Virus record (IMG/VR): IMGVR_UViG_3300043607_000009
Location: 441-64,440 of that record
Strand: one strand, 5' to 3'
Source: a virus
DNA length: 64,000 nt
Shown: piece by piece, positions 8,419 through 16,098 of the stretch
How the letters are laid out: every line of letters starts with the position of its first letter
How positions within the stretch are numbered: the first letter of the stretch is position 1
Notes under the pieces: model-generated
Database searches by the model: none
Told to the model about the DNA's origin: nothing
Seen by the model: the letters and a program-made list of their open reading frames with translations, nothing else
Made by a program: the position numbers and the translations under genes

Positions 8419-9260
8419 TGGCAGTTCAGTCCCGCAGATCTTCAACCAAGAAGACGAGCAAACGCCGCGCGTCTCGATCGGTGGACTTCACCGATGTCGA
8501 GAGCGGTGGTCGAACCATCACCGATGGTTGGGCACGCGGCCGCGTCAAGGCCGCAGTCTGGAAGGAGTCGCAGTCGTCGGACAACGAGATGATCGAAGTC
8601 CAGTGGATGGCAGAGCGTGGCAAGGAGAAGGCGACCGTGTACGACAACATGGTCAACACGCCAAGTGCGCTGTGGAAGATGAAGACCATGCTCGAGGCGT
8701 GTGGCATCGAAGTGCCCGAAGGCGCGATGGATGTCGATGCCGGTGAGCTCGTCGATCTCGAGTGCGACATCGAAATCGTGAACGAAGAGTTCGACAACCG
8801 CGATCGGCCGCGGATCGTCGGCTTTGCCGAGACCGGCACGCACACCGAGGATGGCGGCTCGCCCAAGGAAGGCGCCGAAGACCCCGAGGCTGAGGAAGAG
8901 GAAGAGGCTCCGAAGCGCAAGCGCAAGACCTCCGAGAAGGAGGAGGAAGAGGAGGAGCCGGAAGAAGAGCCCGAAGAAGAGGAAGAAGAGGAGGAGAAAC
9001 CTTCCCGCTCCAAGAAGCGTCGGACCCCCAAGGAAGAGGAGGAAGAAGAGCCGGAAGAAGAGGAAGAGGAGGAAGAAGAGGAGGAGGCGCCCAAAAAGAA
9101 AACCAAGTCCAAGATCCGCGCGGGCGCGAAGGTGAGTTTTCGCGATGGAAAAAAGACGCTCCGCGGCGTCGTCAAGTCGATCGAAGACGATCAAGTGCTC
9201 GTCGTGATGCCGAACAAGGACGAGTACGAGATGTCTTCAGAAGAGGTAACGTTGGCTTAA
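8418..9260 (+). CDS. DUF669-like ssDNA-binding protein with Glu/Lys-rich linker
   Basis: VDFTDVES, ALWKMKTMLEACG, DLVDLECDIEIVNEEF; operon context. Confidence 0.7.
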   Translation: MAVQSRRSSTKKTSKRRASRSVDFTDVESGGRTITDGWARGRVKAAVWKESQSSDNEMIEVQWMAERGKEKATVYDNMVNTPSALWKMKTMLEACGIEVPEGAMDVDAGELVDLECDIEIVNEEFDNRDRPRIVGFAETGTHTEDGGSPKEGAEDPEAEEEEEAPKRKRKTSEKEEEEEEPEEEPEEEEEEEEKPSRSKKRRTPKEEEEEEPEEEEEEEEEEEAPKKKTKSKIRAGAKVSFRDGKKTLRGVVKSIEDDQVLVVMPNKDEYEMSSEEVTLA

Positions 9261-9267
9261 CGGTATT

Positions 9268-9741
9268 ATGGGGCCTAAACCCAGATCCTTAAAAGTTCGG
9301 TTCTGGGCGAAGGTCCGCAAAACGCCAACATGTTGGCTTTGGACGGCGAGTCTGGCTCATGGCTACGGTCAGATCTCGATTCGTCGCTCCAAAGCCGATT
9401 TTGCACATCGAGTCTCTTGGCAACTTCATTACGGGGAAATTCCCGAGGGGCTTTGTGTATTGCACAAGTGCGATACCCCTAAATGCGTTCGACCAGAACA
9501 TTTGTTCTTAGGCACACGAGCCGAGAACGTTTGGGACTGCCAACGCAAGGGTAGAATTCGGAGCGGGGGTGTTCAAGGCGAGAAAAATCACAACGCTAAA
9601 CTAACGTCTATATCCGTTAGATACCTACGAAAAGAAATAGCCAAAGGTAGCACAATTAGCTCTCTTGCGAAGGAATTGCAAGTTGATTGGAACGCAATTA
9701 AAAGCGCAGCAACAAGGCGTACATGGAAGCACGTCGCATGA
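9268..9741 (+). CDS. HNH homing endonuclease (HNH_3 type)
   Basis: RFWAKV..CWLW..AHRVSW..VLHKCDTPKCVRPEHLFLGT..N. Confidence 0.92.
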   Translation: MGPKPRSLKVRFWAKVRKTPTCWLWTASLAHGYGQISIRRSKADFAHRVSWQLHYGEIPEGLCVLHKCDTPKCVRPEHLFLGTRAENVWDCQRKGRIRSGGVQGEKNHNAKLTSISVRYLRKEIAKGSTISSLAKELQVDWNAIKSAATRRTWKHVA

Positions 9742-11108
9742 TCCTAACGAAGCTGCGCAAGAATCAAAAAGAAGCGGTCGCTAAAGCGCTCAAGTACTAC
9801 GGCTTTGCGATTTATTCACAACAGCGTGTGGGGAAATCTTTGGTCGCGCTTGCTATTGCAGACGAACGCAAGCCCGACATTTTATTTGTAATCTGCCCGA
9901 AGAAGGCGATCCAAGTCTGGCGCAAACAGCTAAAGGAACATCTCAAGATAGATTGGAAGTGCTCGGTCATCATCGTGCACTACGAGATGCTCTCCCGCGA
10001 CGCGAAGGATCGCCGATGGTACAGACACAAGTTCCGTCATGAATGGCCCGACAAGACGACCATGATCATCGTGGACGAAGGACATCGCATCAAACGCCGT
10101 GGCTCGATGCAGTCGCGCATGGTTCGTTCGCTCGGAATAATGTCCACGTGGCGTCTCCTACTGAGTGGTACGCCGCTCGGCCAAGGCCGCGAAGACGTGT
10201 GGGCGCAGTTCGATTTCCTCGCGCCGGGGCTGCTCGAGTTCGAGTACGAAGACTTCCAAGACGAATATCTCAAGCTCGGCGGCTACAAGAAGCGAGAGGT
10301 CGTCGGCTACAAGAACGTCGAGAAGTTCGACGCGATCTTTCACTCCCGATCGTTCCGGATCACGCTCCGTGAAGCACAGATCGAGGCCGGCAAGAAGCCT
10401 TACCGTGTGCTGCGGCGGAAAGTCGAATTCGATTTGAAGCCCGAGACGCGCGTGATCTACGACGAGCTCGAGAAGGAGCTTCGTGTCGTGGTGCGCAAGC
10501 GCAAGGTGAGCACGCCCCTCCTCATGACGCTCGTGCAGAAGCTACAACAAATCGCGGGCGGCTTCGTGATCCATACCGAGCAAGTTTACGACGAAGAGAC
10601 CGGTGAGCCCAAGCTCACGCCCAAGGGCCATCCGGTCATGATCGAGGAGATCTTGACGGTCGGCCGCGAGAAGCTCGTGAAGCTTGGCCAACTCTTGGCC
10701 CTCGACGCCGTGTTTCGCACCGAAAAGTTCGTGATCTGCGCACGCTACACCCACGAGCTCGAGCGGATTGGGATACTCCTCGATCGTATGGGCTACACGT
10801 GGAAGCTCGTCTCCGGAGCCGGAGCCTTCGACGGCGAGTTCAACACCGATGCCGTGCTGTTACAGATCCAGATTGCCGAGGCGATCGACCTCGCGTTGGC
10901 GCCGAACTATATCTTCTACTCGTGGAATCATTCCTACATCAACTACGAGCAATCCAAATTCCGCGTGCTGAGCTTCGACACTAAGCTCGTGCGCTACTAC
11001 TACCTGATCGCGCGTGACACCGTGGACGTGGACATCTACCACGTCGTAGCTGAGAAGATGAAGCTCTCGACGTACGTGTGTGACACGTACCGACGAAAAG
11101 CCGCGTGA
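9738..11108 (+). CDS. SNF2-like superfamily 2 helicase
   Basis: QRVGKS (motif I), IIVDEGH (II), LSGTP (III), KLQQIAGGF; C-terminal motifs divergent. Confidence 0.85.
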   Translation: MILTKLRKNQKEAVAKALKYYGFAIYSQQRVGKSLVALAIADERKPDILFVICPKKAIQVWRKQLKEHLKIDWKCSVIIVHYEMLSRDAKDRRWYRHKFRHEWPDKTTMIIVDEGHRIKRRGSMQSRMVRSLGIMSTWRLLLSGTPLGQGREDVWAQFDFLAPGLLEFEYEDFQDEYLKLGGYKKREVVGYKNVEKFDAIFHSRSFRITLREAQIEAGKKPYRVLRRKVEFDLKPETRVIYDELEKELRVVVRKRKVSTPLLMTLVQKLQQIAGGFVIHTEQVYDEETGEPKLTPKGHPVMIEEILTVGREKLVKLGQLLALDAVFRTEKFVICARYTHELERIGILLDRMGYTWKLVSGAGAFDGEFNTDAVLLQIQIAEAIDLALAPNYIFYSWNHSYINYEQSKFRVLSFDTKLVRYYYLIARDTVDVDIYHVVAEKMKLSTYVCDTYRRKAA

Positions 11109-11198
11109 TCACGGTCCAGAAAGCCTTGGTGGCGCTCCGCAAGGAGTTTGAGCAGCCGATGCCACCGCCGAGAATTCCACCAGAGGAGAAAAAACGTC

Positions 11199-11399
11199 GT
11201 GTCAGAAAAAAGCGCAAAACCAAAGGTAAAGCTCATAAGCCTCGCGGATCTCATAAAGAGGTCGGCCCTCGACATCACGCCACACGCCGCAAGATTGCGG
11301 ATGATTAAGCGTGGCATCAAACGCCCCGGCAAACAGTGGCGCTTCAAGCCGGGTTCGTCGGTGCTCGCGGCCGCAGCTAAGGCGATCAAGACTCCGTGA
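11199..11399 (+). CDS. small basic hypothetical protein
   Basis: GAGGAG SD then GTG 11199; stop overlaps next GTG. Confidence 0.5.
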   Translation: MSEKSAKPKVKLISLADLIKRSALDITPHAARLRMIKRGIKRPGKQWRFKPGSSVLAAAAKAIKTP

Positions 11400-11824
11400 G
11401 CGAGAAGACGTTGTGGGGGTATTTGCGTGGGCTCGTGCCGATCGGCAAGTACACCCGCATCGAGACCGGCGAAACAGGCCCCGGAGTCCCGGACGTGTAC
11501 TACCGGCTGCAAGCGAAGAAGAACGGTTGGATGGAGCTCAAGGATTCGCGCACACCGAACGCCGAGATCCCATTCAAGACCGAAGACGACGGCCTCCACA
11601 CCACACAACTCGATTGGATTCGCGATGAAGTGCGAATGGGCGGCACGGTGTGGATCGTCGCGCGTGCCGGCACGCTCGTCTATTGGGTGCCGGGGCGTTT
11701 GGCCCCTCGCTTCAACGGCAATCCCAACCTGAGGCGGATCTCGTCGTGGGTGTTGAACGGTCGCACCATCCGCACCGAAGACACGTCCGCGATCCGTCGC
11801 ATGCTCTGCGGAGAACTACAGTGA
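11396..11824 (+). CDS. VRR-NUC / resolvase-like PD-(D/E)xK nuclease
   Basis: RIE...GVPDVYY...GWMELK...QLDWI...GG.VWIV. Confidence 0.8.
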   Translation: MSEKTLWGYLRGLVPIGKYTRIETGETGPGVPDVYYRLQAKKNGWMELKDSRTPNAEIPFKTEDDGLHTTQLDWIRDEVRMGGTVWIVARAGTLVYWVPGRLAPRFNGNPNLRRISSWVLNGRTIRTEDTSAIRRMLCGELQ

Positions 11825-12222
11825 GTGACATCGCGCTATGCCTCTACCGCCGCCCCAACGGCTCGTACGCCTGCACGGAGTGCGGCGCCGACCAACTCCT
11901 CTGCCAGTGCGCAGAGCCAGGCGACGCCGCGCACAAGCGGCTATGGTCTCGGGAGGGAAAGGTAGCGTCGGGGCTGTGGCGCCAGCTTCAGAACGAGATC
12001 TCGACGCACCCGTTCGCGCATGACTGGATGGCCGAAGCAACGTTGCGCATGGCGATGATATTGCTCAAGCTACGCGAGCACAGCACCGTGCAAGGTACGA
12101 CTTCGACCGACATCCACGAGGCGTGCGTCGCGGCAGCGAGCGCGTGCTTGATGCTCTCGCTCTACGGAGATCCGGCGTATCCGTACGAAGCAACGACCGT
12201 GCACGATCAAGAAGCCGGTTAG
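11821..12222 (+). CDS. hypothetical protein (last gene of + strand module)
   Basis: GTGA overlap with upstream gene; converges on the structural module. Confidence 0.5.
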   Translation: MSDIALCLYRRPNGSYACTECGADQLLCQCAEPGDAAHKRLWSREGKVASGLWRQLQNEISTHPFAHDWMAEATLRMAMILLKLREHSTVQGTTSTDIHEACVAAASACLMLSLYGDPAYPYEATTVHDQEAG

Positions 12223-12749
12223 TCTTCGTCGGCTCCGGACGCGCTCATGAAGCGATTGCGATCGAAGCGCTCGTTCGTGGTCTGCAAGTAGTCGGCCATG
12301 TCCTTGGCGATCTTCTTCGCTACGGGATCTTTCGCACCGGCTGCTTTGCCCGCGTCGATATGGGACTTCATGATGTCGGCGATCGACTTGAAGTGCTTTC
12401 GCGTGAGTCCCCCCTTCGCGAACATCTGCACGCCGCCGCTCGGCCGCTTCGGAATCGCTTGGAGGCGATTCTGTGCATCGGCGAGTGAGCGATCGGCCAC
12501 GTTGAGCGGATTGCCGAAGTTGCCAACGCCGCGCACCGGACGCCCCATTCCCGGACGAGCAGTCTTCGGCGCACGTGCCGTCATGCCGAGCGGTGCTACG
12601 GAACCGCCCATCGCCTTCTTCACTTTCTTTTTGTCGGCGTTCATGAACTCGCGTGCGACGGCGCGCGTCGGACCTTCGACGCGATCGGGCTTGAACCCGT
12701 GAGCAACAGCGCGCATGAACCGCGCCTGCTTCTTCGTCTTACTCGGCAT
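12219..12749 (-). CDS. small basic putative virion protein with xxxGG motifs
   Basis: MPSKTKKQARFMRAVAH...VAREFMNAD N-terminus typical of environmental podovirus proteins; KAMGG, FAKGG. Confidence 0.6.
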   Translation of the reverse strand: MPSKTKKQARFMRAVAHGFKPDRVEGPTRAVAREFMNADKKKVKKAMGGSVAPLGMTARAPKTARPGMGRPVRGVGNFGNPLNVADRSLADAQNRLQAIPKRPSGGVQMFAKGGLTRKHFKSIADIMKSHIDAGKAAGAKDPVAKKIAKDMADYLQTTNERFDRNRFMSASGADED

Positions 12750-15700
12750 CGGACCCCCCTAAAAGGTTGGCAATCATAGCTTGGTCGTCTTCGTCAGGCT
12801 CGGCCGACTCTTCGTCGTCGAGATCCATTGGTTGTTCACGTTGTGCGAGCTCGATCAAGATGTCGGGCGGAAGTAGGTGCCGGCGTTCGCGCTCTTCCGG
12901 TGTCGCGGCCTCCCACGCCTCTACGCCGCGCTTCGCGACGCGCCACGGGTTGTCACGGTCCATGTGCTCGAGCACGGCTTCCGTCGCCTTGGGCAAGCCC
13001 ATGGTGAGCGCGGTGCCCGCCGCGGTGCCGGTGAGGTAGTTGCCGAGCGACGGCTCAATCGTCGGCGAGAACCACTCCACGGCCGCGCCGGGGATCTTGC
13101 CGAGCTTCTTGAGCAATGCCGGCGCCTCCGGCAGCATCCGCGCCAGAGGCCCCAAGGCGCGCTCGGTGACGGCCTTGCCGACACCACCAGGGACGGGCAC
13201 TTGAGCAAACATCGTGCCAAGGGCCTCCGCGGCGTAATCCTCGACGCCGGCAGGGTCGCCAATGCCTTCCTGAGCTCGCAACGCTACGTCCAGCGCTTGG
13301 GAGCGCTCGGAGGCCGCTGCCGAGGCGTCCGGCCCGTGGCCGAAGGTAAGGAGGTCCGGGAGGGCGATCGTCTCGTCCACGATCCCCGGCCGCACGGTGC
13401 GCGCCGGAGGGAGGTATTGCTGCGCCTCGGAGTTGAATTCCCACTGATCCTTCGGGGCATCCCAATCGCTGTAGATCGCACTCTGTGGCTTGCCGGAGGG
13501 GTCGAGGCCCGTCCACTGCGTAGCGAAGCCGTGGCCCAAGTGCTTCACGAGATCTTGGAGGCTCGAGAGCTTCCGACGTGCCACGGGGGGCGGCCGATCG
13601 GGGCCGGCGATGTGCTCGGCGAGCTCGCGGCCGGGGTAGTCCACTTCGCCGCCCTCCGCGAACTTCGGCTCTTCGGCTTGGGCCTCGTCGTCGTGGCCAC
13701 CAAGAAGCATCGCGCCTGCGGCCGCGCTCCACACCGGAACTCCCGTATCCAAGATCTTCTGACGGACTTCGGGCGTGAGCACGAGCGCCGGGAAAGTTTT
13801 CGGTTCGTTTAGCACTTCACTGCGGGAGCCGTTGTCTAGCTGATAACCGATCTCTTCCGACATGTAGTTGATGATGTCGTTCCAACGATCAGTGAGATCT
13901 CCCTTCCCATAAGAGGGCGATCCGTGATCGCGCTTCCAATTAGAAATGGTGTCCCACAAAAACTCGTGATCCATGCCGCCGGGATCTACGAGCTTCGCAG
14001 TGCTCTCTAATGCTTCAATTTGTTCAGTGTCGATGTCGCCGGGATGTACCGGGGTCGTAAACTTCCACGAATTGTAGAAATCAGCGGGAGTTTCGTACTC
14101 GGCCTCGCGCATCCACTCGGGGCGGCGGTCCTTAGACGAACCGACAGGCATTTTGATGTCGCGGACTTCCGTGCCGTACTGACGCGCGAGCGATTCGAGC
14201 TCGCTGCGATAGAGCTTGTCGTAGATGAACTGCATGCCACCGGCACTCTCGTCGTCTTCCCCCATGCCGTAGCGTTCCATCTGATCTTGACCACGCACGA
14301 TCGCGAGGTAGTCTTCGCCATTCTTGGCCGCGTTCACGAGTTGCTTGCGAAGCTCGAGGCGACCGTACTCCTTCGGATCTTTGAACGGTGCATCGGGCGG
14401 CTTCTCTTCCTCGACGCCCATGCGGCGCACGAGGTCTTGCGCTTGAGAGAGCTTCTCGTCGTGCGTTTGGTACTCTCGAGAGTCACCAGACACCGAAGCA
14501 TTCATCTCACCACGCACGGTCTCGTGCTGGCGCTTCAGATCGTCCAGCATTTCTTGCGACCGATAGCCACGACGCGGCCGCGCATCGTACGCCTGGTTGA
14601 CTAGCTCTTGACGCTCTTGCCCCAATTGGATAAGCAACGGCTCGATTTCGTCCCGCTCCTTGTTCGTGGCGCGCTCTTCCTGCGGCGTCAATACGCGATC
14701 GAATAGCTTCGTGCTCAGCGCTCCGCGTTGACGGTATAGATCCGCTTCTTGAAGCTCGATCGAGCGGTATTTTTCCCAGAGGCCGGCGTCCTTCAATCCT
14801 TGACGAAGCCCGTGTTGCGATTTGAAGTCGCCAGTGCGCTCCGCCGCTTTTTCATGTAGATCGGACTGGATCTCTTCGACGAGTCGCACTTTTCCTAGAT
14901 CTGGAACATCATGTTGTGATGTACGGGACCACGACAAGGTGTTTTGAGCGAAGTGACTTGGATGAGCTAGTCCTTTCAGGTTAGTAATTGATTCGGCGTA
15001 CTCCGAGTTAGGGGAGACATGTGACAGTCGTGCGTCTTCGTATTGCGAAGGGCTATACGCAGGGTTGTACGCCTGCACGCGGTTAGTCCCGAGATTGCGA
15101 AGCGTGTACCCTTCCTCGAGCAAGCGCCGATCCCCCGGCGCTAACGTGTTGATGTCGCCGAGAGCCTCGAGCTGCTCGATCGTGCGTGCACCTTTATCAG
15201 AGTCAGTCGCAAAGCCTAAGTGAAACTCCGGCCGCTGCGTTCGGATTGCTTCTAGGAGTTGTTCCTTCGTCAGTGACGCAGGTGGACCGTCAGTGCCAAA
15301 GGTCGTGCGCAGAGGCCCCTCGAGTGCGTATTGGAGCTCCTCCTTCTTCAACGGGAATTGCATACCGTTGCGCTTCAACATACGGCTGGGTTGCAGGAAG
15401 CCGCGCCACTGATCGACGGGAGCTCGCTCGAACGGCGCTTGCTGCACGAGCTCGTCGAGAGTGGAGAACATACCGCGCTGCGGCGCGAGTGCGTTCGCGT
15501 ACTCCTTGAGCTCGTCCATCGCCGTGCGTGCGGCAGACGCTTTAACCTTTCCGCCTTTCGCGTAGCCAGGCTTCTTGCGTTCGTCGATCACGTACACGGG
15601 AACGGCGTCCATATCCTGCTCGAGCCACCACGCGAGACGATGGTTGCCGTCCGCGAGTTCGATCTTGCCCCTCGGATTCACACGCACCTTGAGCGGGGGA

Positions 15701-16095
15701 ACACCACCGCCCCCCCGACTAGCCGCTTGGAGCTCCTCCCAATCGTAGCCGAGCTCGCTCGCGTCGAAGTCTTCGAGCTCCCCTTCATTCGGGGGCGCCG
15801 GCTCAGTGGACGGCCGCCCATGCTGAATGCCAGACCCTTTCGGTTGTGGTAGATCTGAAGGTTTCACCCAACGCATATAAACGGCGCCTTTGCCCCGTCC
15901 GTAGTCCTTCATGATACTTTCGTGCGTCGGTCGCTCCGAGTCTTGTAGGTCTCGGTTGTGCCAATCGACGTTAGGCGTGCGCGCGTCGGGCGGGGGATCG
16001 GCGTCGCCGAGCGGAGTGCCCCTCAAGAGATGCTTCACATCTTCCCGAAGTTGCCCGATATTCGTACCCCATTTTGGTTTGCCGCCCTTTGCCAC
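12739..16095 (-). CDS. large multidomain putative ejection / polyvalent protein with ParB-like domain
   Basis: 1118 aa; LADGNHRL (ParB/Srx-like), LVEEIQSDLH domain, three xxxGG motifs; end of ejection-protein cluster. Confidence 0.6.
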   Translation of the reverse strand: MAKGGKPKWGTNIGQLREDVKHLLRGTPLGDADPPPDARTPNVDWHNRDLQDSERPTHESIMKDYGRGKGAVYMRWVKPSDLPQPKGSGIQHGRPSTEPAPPNEGELEDFDASELGYDWEELQAASRGGGGVPPLKVRVNPRGKIELADGNHRLAWWLEQDMDAVPVYVIDERKKPGYAKGGKVKASAARTAMDELKEYANALAPQRGMFSTLDELVQQAPFERAPVDQWRGFLQPSRMLKRNGMQFPLKKEELQYALEGPLRTTFGTDGPPASLTKEQLLEAIRTQRPEFHLGFATDSDKGARTIEQLEALGDINTLAPGDRRLLEEGYTLRNLGTNRVQAYNPAYSPSQYEDARLSHVSPNSEYAESITNLKGLAHPSHFAQNTLSWSRTSQHDVPDLGKVRLVEEIQSDLHEKAAERTGDFKSQHGLRQGLKDAGLWEKYRSIELQEADLYRQRGALSTKLFDRVLTPQEERATNKERDEIEPLLIQLGQERQELVNQAYDARPRRGYRSQEMLDDLKRQHETVRGEMNASVSGDSREYQTHDEKLSQAQDLVRRMGVEEEKPPDAPFKDPKEYGRLELRKQLVNAAKNGEDYLAIVRGQDQMERYGMGEDDESAGGMQFIYDKLYRSELESLARQYGTEVRDIKMPVGSSKDRRPEWMREAEYETPADFYNSWKFTTPVHPGDIDTEQIEALESTAKLVDPGGMDHEFLWDTISNWKRDHGSPSYGKGDLTDRWNDIINYMSEEIGYQLDNGSRSEVLNEPKTFPALVLTPEVRQKILDTGVPVWSAAAGAMLLGGHDDEAQAEEPKFAEGGEVDYPGRELAEHIAGPDRPPPVARRKLSSLQDLVKHLGHGFATQWTGLDPSGKPQSAIYSDWDAPKDQWEFNSEAQQYLPPARTVRPGIVDETIALPDLLTFGHGPDASAAASERSQALDVALRAQEGIGDPAGVEDYAAEALGTMFAQVPVPGGVGKAVTERALGPLARMLPEAPALLKKLGKIPGAAVEWFSPTIEPSLGNYLTGTAAGTALTMGLPKATEAVLEHMDRDNPWRVAKRGVEAWEAATPEERERRHLLPPDILIELAQREQPMDLDDEESAEPDEDDQAMIANLLGGSDAE

Positions 16096-16098
16096 GGA

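Noticed and set aside
8890-9100. GAA/GAG-rich repeats
   Set aside because: Explained by poly-Glu coding; not an independent DNA repeat element
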